A stretch of DNA of 61,280 nucleotides from a virus. Lineage: Duplodnaviria; Caudoviricetes. The stretch spans positions 1 through 61,280 of IMG/VR virus record IMGVR_UViG_3300037483_001128; one strand, 5' to 3'. Numbering within the stretch: position 1 is the stretch's first letter; each line of letters starts with the position of its first letter. The notes under the pieces were generated by a model, which worked only from the letters and a program-made list of their open reading frames with translations, did not search any database and was not told the origin of the DNA. The position numbers were made by a program, and so were the translations under genes. Positions 1 to 9,299 of the stretch are shown in pieces.

Positions 1-127
1 CTCCATTATTTCTGATCTGATGAGTCCGTCCTGCAAGCGCTGAAGGGAGCCCTACAGCGTCGCTTATGTTGGCGCAAACTGTAATCCTGCTCCAATCTCC
101 TGTGAGCGCGGTAGACCCGGCTTGGCT
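1..127. repeat. 127-bp terminal direct repeat (left copy); circular-assembly overlap
   Basis: Identical to 61154-61280. An ORF reads in frame across the junction, and 127 is a common assembler k-mer length. Confidence 0.95.
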
Positions 128-727
128 TTGGGTAGTTCCTGCGGTTACAGCGGCTGTTCCAGTCTGGATTATTGATCCAGAAAAATGGGAGTTTAGTGTT
201 GGGTTGATGGTAATGGCACTTGAGGCAGTATCGGTTCCAGTATTTACATATAGCTCCATGACAGAGGGCATATTTTGTGAAGCTGGAGTACCGCTAACAG
301 ATAAAGAAATCCCTCCTGCCCACACCCACGTAGTGCCATCGCTCCCAAAACCTTGTAACTGGAATAGCTCGTCTCCGTCTTGCAATATTGTCCAGGCGTC
401 CGCTCCTCCGCGATTTTTGATAAATCTTATTCTGGCAGGAACATCGTCATTGCTTGTGCTAAAAAAAACGGTGTTGTTTCTGGCCGCATCACTGGAGGGA
501 TGATTGATTTGGTACTCCCACCCAGTACCAGAAACAAGCGTCTGCGCAACACCGAAGCGGGATTCGTCTGTGAAAACAGCGTTTGTTCCGGTGACGGCAC
601 CCGGCGTCGTGCCGCCGATGGTAGCGCCGTCAATAGTGCCGCCTGTAATGGCAACGGCATCGGCGTCTTGCTCCGCCATGGTGCCAGACCCGCCAGAGGT
701 ATAGCGTTTGAGACCTGTGCCTAACAT
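1..727 (-). CDS. Tail fibre/virion protein, 5' part (292 aa in total; continues at 61153-61002 across the circular junction)
   Basis: Hand translation from ATG 727: MLGTGLKRYTSGGSGTMAEQDADAVAITGGTIDGATIGGTTP..., open to base 1. The GTMAxQxAxAVAITGG motif is typical of tail fibres. Missing from the ORF track. Confidence 0.8.
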   Translation of the reverse strand, partial: MLGTGLKRYTSGGSGTMAEQDADAVAITGGTIDGATIGGTTPGAVTGTNAVFTDESRFGVAQTLVSGTGWEYQINHPSSDAARNNTVFFSTSNDDVPARIRFIKNRGGADAWTILQDGDELFQLQGFGSDGTTWVWAGGISLSVSGTPASQNMPSVMELYVNTGTDTASSAITINPTLNSHFSGSIIQTGTAAVTAGTTQSQAGSTALTGDWSRITVCANISDAVGLPSALAGRTHQIRNNG

Positions 728-807
728 GATAATGGAACCCTCGTTTAGCTCGACAGCCTAACTTCGAACCTGAAAAATATTATTGAACACTCATTTTCTT
801 GTATCCT

Positions 808-1500
808 TTACTGCGGCCCGTTGGGGAACGGCGGCACAGGCGGCGTGAAATTTGCGCTGTAAAGCCCGACGCCCTTTATTATGCGTATTTCGTCCCAAAA
901 CCCATGCAGAGAACCAGTGGCCGTCTCTCCAATAATAATAGACGTTGGGCATGTATAATCATTTGGGTCTGTGTAAGTTGAGCCCTCCTGCGTACCGGCA
1001 AGAAACAACTTAGTAAATCCTGATACTCGGCAGATTGCTATATGGTGCAATGCCCCATCTATGGGGACAGACGTAGTGCCGCTTATTCTAGTATTCCCAC
1101 CAGTTCTAAACCTCAACTTTTCTGCGCTGTCCATAAACAACACTGGCGCCGGCACAGAAATATCATCAGGGCCGAAAGATACCATCCCCGCGTTTGCTGT
1201 TTCACCAGACGCTTGAAAAAAACCTTCGATAGTAAAATCGTCAGTGCCAAAAACGACTGAAATGTGCGTTAAGATTGTTGCCAAGCCATTAGTTACATCC
1301 AGCTTTGCCGTTCCATAAACAGGCGCGCTGGTAGTCAGTGCACAGTCAGTAAGCGAAACTGCATGTGCGTATTGCGAAGAGTCAACGGTCGTAGTTTGAC
1401 CCTCTGTACCGTCAAAGTGCAGCAACAAAGACGTGTTCGCCCAGTAAGGCGGTATTACGTTGGCCGCTGATGCCATCATTTGTACTGCGAATCCGCTCAT
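808..1500 (-). CDS. LamG/concanavalin-A-like lectin-fold tail protein
   Basis: SLLLHFDG start, FGTDDFTIE, HHIAICR and DEIRIIKGVGLYSANFTPP end are the LamG-3 phage signature. Confidence 0.85.
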   Translation of the reverse strand: MSGFAVQMMASAANVIPPYWANTSLLLHFDGTEGQTTTVDSSQYAHAVSLTDCALTTSAPVYGTAKLDVTNGLATILTHISVVFGTDDFTIEGFFQASGETANAGMVSFGPDDISVPAPVLFMDSAEKLRFRTGGNTRISGTTSVPIDGALHHIAICRVSGFTKLFLAGTQEGSTYTDPNDYTCPTSIIIGETATGSLHGFWDEIRIIKGVGLYSANFTPPVPPFPNGPQ

Positions 1501-2417
1501 ACTGCCTCCACCATTTCCACAGGAAATACGTGCATTCTCTCTGCTGGAAATATGGTGCAGCCGTAACTTGTGACCGCGTTAAAAGTTGGAAAGAGAGTCG
1601 ACCCCGCGGGTTTCATTATCACCCAGGTAAGATTAGGTACAAACGCACCTATTAGAAACTCTCCAGTGTTGATGATTTCAACAGTGATGCTTCGCGCTTC
1701 TCCCACGTCCATGTTAATGAAATGCAGTTCGTCTACGTTCTGATCGAGCGTCAGGCTAAAACTGGTTCCCTGTACCCAATCGACGGTAACGTTATTGTCT
1801 ATGTCTATCTCAAGTTGAATAGGCAGTCCTGAAAAAGTCTCCGCAGTCGCCGGACCTTGAACGACGATCACATCGGTATCCACCGTAGTGAACGTTGGGG
1901 TTTGCGTCATGGCCGCAAGATACGCCGCAGCTTCTGCGGCGGCAGCTACCGCTTCGGCAGCTGCTTCTTGTGCCAAGACGAGAGAGGCTGAAATCAGTGC
2001 ATAGGTGGCGCCAGAGGTCAGCAATTGCCAATACGCGCCAGTGTAAATGACACTGACAATGCTATCCGCCCGGATTTCGTCTCCAACAAGAGGTTGCCCG
2101 GCTTGGTCCCGGATCGCCGAGTTGCCAAGGTCCGATACATTCAACACCGAAGCGCCGGTGTTGCTATTCGCCGCAGGAAACAGTACCCATAGACCCGCAT
2201 ACAAAGATGTCACTAAAGGCAGATCAATGATATACGCGTTCGCAACTCCGGTGTCTGTAGCAGCAAAATTGATTGCACCTGCGGCCAGGGCATCCGGGGC
2301 TGGCAGCATGTCAAATGCGGCTTCGAGGCGATACCGATCGGCGATCTCGTTGTTCGCGTCTGCTTTGGTCGCGTTCTCCGGAGGATCCTCTACGTTGTAG
2401 TATGCATTAGGCATCAC
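1497..2417 (-). CDS. Putative tail fibre/spike protein
   Basis: 306 aa; DTGVANAY...NSNTGASVLNV fibre N-terminal motif and an Ala-rich coiled segment; lies in the tail cluster. Confidence 0.65.
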   Translation of the reverse strand: MMPNAYYNVEDPPENATKADANNEIADRYRLEAAFDMLPAPDALAAGAINFAATDTGVANAYIIDLPLVTSLYAGLWVLFPAANSNTGASVLNVSDLGNSAIRDQAGQPLVGDEIRADSIVSVIYTGAYWQLLTSGATYALISASLVLAQEAAAEAVAAAAEAAAYLAAMTQTPTFTTVDTDVIVVQGPATAETFSGLPIQLEIDIDNNVTVDWVQGTSFSLTLDQNVDELHFINMDVGEARSITVEIINTGEFLIGAFVPNLTWVIMKPAGSTLFPTFNAVTSYGCTIFPAERMHVFPVEMVEAV

Positions 2418-4491
2418 GATCTCTCCTGCGCGGAGTATAGTCGATCTGAACGGAGTTCAACCGCACGGGACCCGCACTGGCGCTATCCCAGTAGAAAGTC
2501 AGACTCGCATTTACGCCGACGCCCGTCATTGGAAACAGCATAGTGGAAACTTCCTGACCATTCCAGTAGAACGTGCCCCAGTCTATATTACCCCACTGCC
2601 CGCCGGGGCCTGTAAGAATGGTTTTATAGACGGTCTTGGTGTCAATGGTCGTGGACTGTCCGTAGTTCAGGTCCGCCGACATACGCAATTCAAAAGGTGT
2701 CGCCGAATTGAAATCAATTACCGCACGACGGTACCGTTTTCTGGACCTTGGGTCGTTGGAATGCGCAAAGGGCAGTTGCAGCCAATGCTCCATGGATTCA
2801 CCGTCAAGATTTTTACCTTTCTCCATCCGGTAAACCCAGCCGTCAGCATCGCCGAACAGGATGACTTCGTTTCCGTCTGCGTCTTCTCCATTGGCCAGCG
2901 CGGTTGGCACGATGCCAAAGTCGCCAAACATATACTCGAATGAAACCCCAAGATCAGCGCGAAAGTCTTCGCGCAGATATACGATAAGAAACAAACCGTC
3001 GTCGAAAAACAGCCGGTATTGATTTTTATCGCGGACCAGTACAGAACCGACCGCACGTTCTTTGTACAGGTTCAAAAATGATCGCACTGCACGCGATACC
3101 GTGCCTGCTTCGAAGTTGCCGTAGGCATTGGTACGCGGTAGGTACACCAGACCTCTGTCGTCGAGAGCGATGACAGACATCAAGACCTGGGACGTGTCCA
3201 ATACGGCGCCGGTATCCGGAGACACAACATCAAGTCTCCAATCATCGATATTATTGCCGTAAAGACCGTGAGTGCTTCGTGACGTCTGCAGCGTGAGCAT
3301 TTCCTGGCTGGCTGACACAATCGCGGTCAGGGGAGCCCCCAGACCGAACTCCGCGGCACCGAGAAAACCGCTCATCAGTGTCGGATTGCCCTGGACGCAA
3401 TGCTGCACGTTACCGTTGTCGAATCCCAGAAATAAATGGTTTCGGTGAACCTCGATCAAATATGGCGTATTGTTCGTGGGGGCATCGGCTAAAGGGGGAT
3501 ACAGCACCGGTGTCAGTACACCGTCATCCCGGAGTTCGAATGCGGGTCCCGTGCCACTCACGCCGTACACGGCGTAGGTAGGATCCAGCGCATAAAAGTT
3601 GTGACTTTTGAAACGGAACTTCTGGGTGGCTGGAGGAAACTCGAATACGTAACTTGGTCCATCCGCAACTGCTCGCGTAATGCCCCCTACTTTCAAGTCG
3701 TCCATGTCGTCGAATGGACCGCCTGTTATTGTGTCCAGCACGAGGTATCCTGCTGCGTCCACACCCCATGCGCCCGAATATAAAACTACATTCAGGACCT
3801 CCGCCGACGCGGCCGACGGATCGCCTACCACGGTATCGCCGATTTCTATTTCAGCACCAGCACCGGCGTCGAATAGCAAGATATCCTGAAAACTCAAGGC
3901 CGCCCATCCGGTTCCGCTGGACTTGTGAATAACTGCGTTGGTCTCGGTGAGATTATTGCGCACGCAATAGGATACGCCGTTGCGGTGCACGTGAAGGCCC
4001 ATGATTGAACCGGCACCTTCTGGACGTTCGATGTCCAGTCGATACAGGGCTTGCGCGGTCAGCAGCCACGAAGCATCCAGATCGGACGGACCCAGGCCGG
4101 GGCCATTGACTACAGCTATTTGTGCTTCGGGAGCTCCCAATACTTCCAGGTTTTCCCCAACACTAAAAGTTCCAGTGACTTTGGTGAGACCTATTTTAAG
4201 GGTATCAGGATCAAGACCGATAACTGTACCCGTAGCTCCGCTGCTGTCACCGGTGACCTCGTCCATGAGCGCGAGACCTGAGATCGTGTCCACGGTCAAC
4301 GCCAGATACGTCTGCTCGCTGGGACTCGGATGTCCGTCAAAAGCCTCGATGCCGAGTACCTGACCATAGCCACCCGCCGCGCCCGGTTCCATATTACGTG
4401 CACCGAGACAACGTCCGGGTTTGACCGATAGATAGTCCGAAGCAAGATCCAGGCCGCCGCCCAGTTGAATAGTCGTGGTACGGGTAGCCAT
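2407..4491 (-). CDS. Tail tube/nozzle (stabilisation) protein, T7 gp12/P22 gp10-like position
   Basis: 694-aa beta-rich protein directly after the adaptor gene, in podoviral gene order. Confidence 0.7.
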   Translation of the reverse strand: MATRTTTIQLGGGLDLASDYLSVKPGRCLGARNMEPGAAGGYGQVLGIEAFDGHPSPSEQTYLALTVDTISGLALMDEVTGDSSGATGTVIGLDPDTLKIGLTKVTGTFSVGENLEVLGAPEAQIAVVNGPGLGPSDLDASWLLTAQALYRLDIERPEGAGSIMGLHVHRNGVSYCVRNNLTETNAVIHKSSGTGWAALSFQDILLFDAGAGAEIEIGDTVVGDPSAASAEVLNVVLYSGAWGVDAAGYLVLDTITGGPFDDMDDLKVGGITRAVADGPSYVFEFPPATQKFRFKSHNFYALDPTYAVYGVSGTGPAFELRDDGVLTPVLYPPLADAPTNNTPYLIEVHRNHLFLGFDNGNVQHCVQGNPTLMSGFLGAAEFGLGAPLTAIVSASQEMLTLQTSRSTHGLYGNNIDDWRLDVVSPDTGAVLDTSQVLMSVIALDDRGLVYLPRTNAYGNFEAGTVSRAVRSFLNLYKERAVGSVLVRDKNQYRLFFDDGLFLIVYLREDFRADLGVSFEYMFGDFGIVPTALANGEDADGNEVILFGDADGWVYRMEKGKNLDGESMEHWLQLPFAHSNDPRSRKRYRRAVIDFNSATPFELRMSADLNYGQSTTIDTKTVYKTILTGPGGQWGNIDWGTFYWNGQEVSTMLFPMTGVGVNASLTFYWDSASAGPVRLNSVQIDYTPRRRDRDA

Positions 4492-4494
4492 GTG

Positions 4495-5172
4495 CTATTC
4501 CGCCACAATGACGATATCGTTGTCGTCCGACATGAGGCCGTAAGTGTGGTTCGGCTTTTCGTGCGCCTCGAGTTTCGGCCACCATTCCTCCCAACCTTTC
4601 ATGGCTTTTTCCATGATCTCTGGAGCGTCTTCAAAAGTCGCATAGTACTCGAGTGCTTTGTACAGGATCAGTTCGTCATAGGGATCCGGAATGATCGAAA
4701 CGTCAGTGTTACTCTCCGCGAAAGGAACGTATTTCTGCCAGTATTCATAAGTGATTTCGTATGCTGCATCCGGCGTCGGCCACAAACGGAGTCGATTGTT
4801 AGGGAGAATAAAAATGCGAGAGGGACGTCCTGACTGGGCCGTTGGGAACGTCTCGGCGTCGTAATCAAGTACCGAATATCGGGGGACTTTGCGTCCGTCG
4901 ATTCTGAACGCCTTACGGTTCCACAGGTTCAGATCGGAGGGACCAACATAATCTGATGTACCCGCACCGGTGGTAATCGGTGCCGGGGGAAATACGTAGA
5001 GAAAGTTCCAGTCTCCGGCAGCGGTCTGGATAAACTTGGTCGCTTGCTGAATCTGATCTTTCAGCCGGAGTCCTTCACCGGTGAGATTCAGCACCGTTGT
5101 GATCGGTACATTGCCGGAGCCAGACTCGCGCTGGAATCTTTGCAGATGCTGCAGGAATGTCGTTGCGGCCAT
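4495..5172 (-). CDS. Head-tail adaptor (tail tubular protein A-like)
   Basis: 225 aa with GRP...LRLWPTPDAAYEI motif; position after the capsid genes. Confidence 0.75.
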   Translation of the reverse strand: MAATTFLQHLQRFQRESGSGNVPITTVLNLTGEGLRLKDQIQQATKFIQTAAGDWNFLYVFPPAPITTGAGTSDYVGPSDLNLWNRKAFRIDGRKVPRYSVLDYDAETFPTAQSGRPSRIFILPNNRLRLWPTPDAAYEITYEYWQKYVPFAESNTDVSIIPDPYDELILYKALEYYATFEDAPEIMEKAMKGWEEWWPKLEAHEKPNHTYGLMSDDNDIVIVAE

Positions 5173-5184
5173 AAGGCCCTCCGC

Positions 5185-5652
5185 TTAGTCCTCGAGCGGA
5201 TCGCCGTCTGGGATGCCAGACTCGCTTGACGGATCCGAAACGTCTTCTTCATCGTTGAAGTCGACGACAGGATCGACGACAGGATCGACGATAAGATCAG
5301 CATTGGGGTCCAGCGTTGTTGGCTTTCCAGGGTCGGGTTTGCCGGTACTGACTGGTTTCTTCGAGTTGGATTTCGGCACCGTTTTTGGCTTGTTGATCAG
5401 CGCCAGGCCATGACGCAAATCCAGTTGACCCAGGTACTGACCCGCAGCGCTGAAACCTCGATCACCTACAGTGTACCGTACACCGTCGGTACGTGCGTGA
5501 CAAGTTCCCATCGGGATGCGAGCTTTCGACAAAGAATCAAACAGGACGCCGTTCTGCAGCACGTAAGACGTGCCCTCGAATTTGACGCCCCCGGCGCGAG
5601 ATTCAAAAACATCGGGAACGGCTTTGGAGTTTTTAGAAGTGGCTTGTTTCAT
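5185..5652 (-). CDS. Hypothetical protein with acidic C-terminal tail
   Basis: ORF in the late operon; ATG 5652 (MKQATSK) chosen over the longer track start. Confidence 0.55.
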   Translation of the reverse strand: MKQATSKNSKAVPDVFESRAGGVKFEGTSYVLQNGVLFDSLSKARIPMGTCHARTDGVRYTVGDRGFSAAGQYLGQLDLRHGLALINKPKTVPKSNSKKPVSTGKPDPGKPTTLDPNADLIVDPVVDPVVDFNDEEDVSDPSSESGIPDGDPLED

Positions 5653-5869
5653 ATTCGTAAGGATCCTTGGGCAGGCGGTTTCGAGCAGAAGCCGCGGTTG
5701 GGAAACACCGGATCTCCGGCGGACGATTTTGATCATGCGAGTCAATTGCCGCGCGTCCACTCAAACCCTCAGTAAGACTCGCGCCATCGGAAAATTGTTC
5801 TTCGACGGTTTTCGGAACCGACAGTGTCATTGGCGCCACGGGAAGCGGAAAGGCTTTTTTCACGCGCAT
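5633..5869 (-). CDS. Small hypothetical protein (78 aa)
   Basis: GGAGA RBS before ATG 5869 (MRVKKAF). Confidence 0.55.
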   Translation of the reverse strand: MRVKKAFPLPVAPMTLSVPKTVEEQFSDGASLTEGLSGRAAIDSHDQNRPPEIRCFPTAASARNRLPKDPYEYETSHF

Positions 5870-5886
5870 GTCAGTCTCCGAGTGAG

Positions 5887-5910
5887 ACAATGCCGGTTTC
5901 CCGGCATTGT
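5887..5910 (-). promoter_or_regulatory. Perfect 10-bp stem with GAAA tetraloop, intergenic
   Basis: ACAATGCCGG-GAAA-CCGGCATTGT on the coding strand; no U-tract follows. Confidence 0.55.
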
Positions 5911-5936
5911 TGATATGATGTGGCCCGCAGTTGGGC

Positions 5937-6113
5937 TTACTGGACTGCTTTCTTTATCGGCTGCGCCAACGGACGTTGAGACTTCGCGTTCATTTTCGGC
6001 TGGGTTTCAGCGGGATCGAACTTCGCCGCTTCACTCAAACCGTCACTTACGCCAGCGCTGACGCTGATGTTGCGGCCGTACGTTTTGCCTTTCGGCTTTA
6101 CATTGCGTTCCAT
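5937..6113 (-). CDS. Small hypothetical protein (58 aa, below track cutoff)
   Basis: GGAGG RBS then MERNVKPKGKTYGRNISVSAGVSDGLSEAAKFDP... Confidence 0.6.
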   Translation of the reverse strand: MERNVKPKGKTYGRNISVSAGVSDGLSEAAKFDPAETQPKMNAKSQRPLAQPIKKAVQ

Positions 6114-6179
6114 GGGAACCTCCGGGTCAAGTTTTACGAGGCCGGCTAAATCCAGCCCTGAGACTGCAGGGTACTAAAC

Positions 6180-6566
6180 TTACAGGAACCAGTCGATAAC
6201 GATCATGGTGTTCGCGATACCTGCCGGGGTGCCCCCCGTCGGAGCCACGCCCGCAACGTATACCAGAGTATCTGCCGGGATATTGGCTTCGATCAACGCC
6301 CCGGTCTGCTCGGTTGCAGTCATGACCGTGTCAACAGCCGCGTCCCCGATGTCCAAGTTCAGAAAAGCATCCGCGTCCGTGCTGGTGCCGGCCGTCAGCA
6401 GTGCTGACGTGGTGACCGAGTTGAACGTCTCGCTGACGTCCAGATGGGCATCGACGATACGACCGGTCATACCTGACGGGCCTTTGATCTTGCGAGCGAC
6501 GGTGCCGGCACCGTAGTCAATGACGCCGAGGTTGTACGAAATGGTCTTGCGTTCGGTGTAGCTCAT
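6180..6566 (-). CDS. Putative capsid decoration/cement protein
   Basis: 128-aa beta-rich protein immediately downstream of the major capsid gene. Confidence 0.6.
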   Translation of the reverse strand: MSYTERKTISYNLGVIDYGAGTVARKIKGPSGMTGRIVDAHLDVSETFNSVTTSALLTAGTSTDADAFLNLDIGDAAVDTVMTATEQTGALIEANIPADTLVYVAGVAPTGGTPAGIANTMIVIDWFL

Positions 6567-6584
6567 AGCAGTTCTCCGGAAAGG

Positions 6585-6617
6585 AAAGGGGCTTCGCGGC
6601 GCCCGATCAGGCGCCGC
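6585..6617 (-). terminator. GC-rich hairpin after the major capsid gene (weak terminator or stabiliser)
   Basis: GCGGCGCC-tgatcg-GGCGCCGC followed by a pyrimidine run on the minus strand. Confidence 0.4.
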
Positions 6618-6629
6618 TATCCGCAGTTG

Positions 6630-7571
6630 TTAGGTTGCGGAATCCCACTTGATGATGCGGGCCTGGGCTTTGGTAGCTGCATTGGTCGCATTCGCGTGTG
6701 TGATTGCGAAATTGCCGATGTAGTACCAGGCAATGCCTTTGCCGCGACCGTAATCATCCGGGATTTTACCCCGTATTTCTTCGGGGCAAGCGACCACTTC
6801 GGTCGCGGTATCGGCGCCGAAGAAGAACGCGGCGTCCGATTTGGCGTTCGCCCAGGCTTCCGAGGGGATGTTCGTCTGGGAGACGAAACGGACAGCGTCA
6901 GCCCGGCCTTTTTCGCCGTTCATGATGCGGCCCCACCCTTCGGGCACGTACTTGTGGATGTCTTCCAGTTCGTCCAGAACCGGGCGCATGGTCGACGGAC
7001 GCATGACAGCGACATAGTTTTCCGAGTCAAACAGGGGGATGTTGCGTTCCTGCATCGTGTCAGAAATGGTCTTGACGTGGTCGAAAGACATGGCGATGTT
7101 GTTCGAGCCCGTGGGCGTGCCATCGTCGTCCAGCGTGATCGCACCGGCAGCCCCGCCGACCGCGCGCAGTAGCGTAGCGTCGAACTGTGCGTGAGCAGCC
7201 CGGTCGAACGCACGATTGGCATTGCGTTTCAGGGTGTTGTGGATGATCTGCTTGACGGGGTGTTCGGACAGATTGTCGAACAGGCCCGTGTACGGAACCG
7301 AGATACCGAACTCCACGATGCGGACCGTGCCGTCGGAAATCGGGAAACCGGTCTCCGGCATCCGCAGCGTTTCGTCGAGTTCGTCGGCTTCGTCGTCGGT
7401 GTCGCCGTAGATGTTCCAGTTGTAGGTATCCCCTACGTTTTTACCGAGCGCCACTTCGACGTCGCAAAACTGGCGGAAACGGCACATCGGCTGCAACGCA
7501 AAACGCAGTTCTTCGGAAAGGGTTTCGGAGGCCATAAAGCCCCGGTTTGCACTCCACAGTTCAGTGGCCAT
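6630..7571 (-). CDS. Major capsid protein (N4-gp56-like family)
   Basis: 313 aa; FRQFCD near the N-terminus and DDYGR...IAWY near the C-terminus; follows the scaffold; strong RBS. Confidence 0.85.
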   Translation of the reverse strand: MATELWSANRGFMASETLSEELRFALQPMCRFRQFCDVEVALGKNVGDTYNWNIYGDTDDEADELDETLRMPETGFPISDGTVRIVEFGISVPYTGLFDNLSEHPVKQIIHNTLKRNANRAFDRAAHAQFDATLLRAVGGAAGAITLDDDGTPTGSNNIAMSFDHVKTISDTMQERNIPLFDSENYVAVMRPSTMRPVLDELEDIHKYVPEGWGRIMNGEKGRADAVRFVSQTNIPSEAWANAKSDAAFFFGADTATEVVACPEEIRGKIPDDYGRGKGIAWYYIGNFAITHANATNAATKAQARIIKWDSAT

Positions 7572-7596
7572 ATCTCACTCCTGGTTGCACGAAAGG

Positions 7597-8889
7597 TTAT
7601 TTACGTATTGGTCCTGCGCCTTTCAGTGCCGCACGATGCTCCTGCATCCGTTTACCTACTGCGGCGGGGGATGTATCTACCACGATCGCCGTTTTTGCGG
7701 GTGTACGAGTGCCGGCCAGTGCTTGCGGCATCTGGGGCAAGCGAACTTTTCGCATGTGTCGGAGAGCAGCTGTATCGGGTTTGGGGGTTGCGGTTGATGC
7801 GGGCGAATCCCCTGCAGTGGATGCGGGGGCCGGTGCCGGCGTACGTTCAGACACTTTTTTGAGTCCGACGCGACTGGCAACTGTTTCCGCGGCTTTCGCC
7901 ATGACCTGAGAGGGCTTCCATTCTGGATGCTCTTGCGCCAGGTCTTCCGTCAACCGATCCACCATACTGTACAGCACATCGTCGGTGACAATCTCAGGAA
8001 AATCGGTGGTGAGAGAACTCCACCCCGCCTGCATATCGGCATCCAACGCTTGCTGTTGCTGGGTCGCTTTGTCCGACAGAAGCGCGTTTTTCGCTTCCTG
8101 TCTTGCAATTTCAGCCGCTTCCGCGATAAGTGCTTTGGTGTCGATCCCGGCACCGCTGAACCTGGTCTGAAATTTGGTAACCATCGCTTCGGCTTCTTCC
8201 GGAGTTCCGCGGAAAAGAGCCTGGATAAAGTCCTTCGAAAAGGAGTCAATATCCGCTTTGTCTACCTCAGCGCCCGAACTAGTGGGTAGTTGAGTTGAAC
8301 GTGCGTTTAATGCAGTTTCACGTGCATCTATCTCCGTAAGTCGGATTTGCGCCGCCTTCTGGAGTTCTGTTGCTTCCCGCAATCGCCGGTCCGCCAACAA
8401 ATTCTTCTGGGCGATCCCGACAACGTCGGTCAGCGGACGTTCGATGACGTTGCCACTTACTTTCAACTTCACCATCTGAACGCCATCTTTCACGAAGATG
8501 GGAGACTCAGGTGACGTAGTTGTTGGTGCTTGCGCGGTATCCTGCACTACTTTTTGATCCGATGCAATAGGGGGGTCCGTACTGATCGAGGAGACGTCCG
8601 GATCTGCAACCGAAGGTGTTTTATCTGCGGTAGGTGGATCGCCCATTCCCGCGTTTTCTTCGGGTGTCGGATCAGCGGTTACATTCGGATGCGTAATGGC
8701 ATCCGTGCTATCCGAGTCAAAAACTTTTTTCGACGCAATCGCTTCTTGCATCTTGGACTCTCGTCGGGTCAAAGGATCGCTTTTACCTTCAGGAGGCGCT
8801 GCGGGGCTGGTGTCAAGACCAGTAACGGAATCTGCTGCGGGGTCTGTCACAACAGACGCGCCCGGTTGGGTAGAGTCTGAATTTTTCAT
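7597..8889 (-). CDS. Capsid scaffolding protein
   Basis: Low-complexity acidic N-terminus, VKLKVSG motif and coiled coil; lies between portal and capsid genes. Confidence 0.7.
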   Translation of the reverse strand: MKNSDSTQPGASVVTDPAADSVTGLDTSPAAPPEGKSDPLTRRESKMQEAIASKKVFDSDSTDAITHPNVTADPTPEENAGMGDPPTADKTPSVADPDVSSISTDPPIASDQKVVQDTAQAPTTTSPESPIFVKDGVQMVKLKVSGNVIERPLTDVVGIAQKNLLADRRLREATELQKAAQIRLTEIDARETALNARSTQLPTSSGAEVDKADIDSFSKDFIQALFRGTPEEAEAMVTKFQTRFSGAGIDTKALIAEAAEIARQEAKNALLSDKATQQQQALDADMQAGWSSLTTDFPEIVTDDVLYSMVDRLTEDLAQEHPEWKPSQVMAKAAETVASRVGLKKVSERTPAPAPASTAGDSPASTATPKPDTAALRHMRKVRLPQMPQALAGTRTPAKTAIVVDTSPAAVGKRMQEHRAALKGAGPIRK

Positions 8890-8915
8890 GGTATTTCTCC
8901 GTTGTAGCGCTATGG

Positions 8916-9299
8916 TTAAACAGGTGAATGGGTCGAAATGATTTCGCGAGCTTGATCTCCTTCGGTAATCGCCTCGTTTATAAATTTCAATACCAGACGG
9001 GCCGCGCTGCAGTCCGCTTGAAGTTTACGCAACCTTTTCGTATCCGTAATGTCGACTTCGAGCATGTCATATGCTCGATCCAGGATTGTACTTTTGGCCC
9101 GCGCATAAATGAACTCACCGGGAGCCGTGGCCAGAAATCGGCGCATATCGTCGCCGAGATCCGCGATATGGAACAACTGCATGAGTTCTCTTTCGGTTTC
9201 CGTCAGTACTTTTTGTTGACCCAATTCGCCTTCGGCGGTTTGGGGATAGTCCGTGCTTTCCGGCAGATCATGCGCAGGATCAAAAGAATTTCCACTCAT
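8916..9299 (-). CDS. Hypothetical protein
   Basis: 127-aa ORF coupled to the portal by an ATGA overlap. Confidence 0.7.
   Translation of the reverse strand: MSGNSFDPAHDLPESTDYPQTAEGELGQQKVLTETERELMQLFHIADLGDDMRRFLATAPGEFIYARAKSTILDRAYDMLEVDITDTKRLRKLQADCSAARLVLKFINEAITEGDQAREIISTHSPV

Noticed and set aside
17-50. Hammerhead ribozyme core CTGATGAG (also at 45140 and 45310)
   Set aside because: No stem II followed by GAAA downstream in any copy.
1-127. Terminal repeat as a biological DTR
   Set aside because: It falls mid-gene and has a typical k-mer length, so assembly overlap is the simpler explanation.
8314-8329. Second parS-like site AGTTTCACGTGCATCT
   Set aside because: Four mismatches, and it lies inside the scaffold coding sequence.
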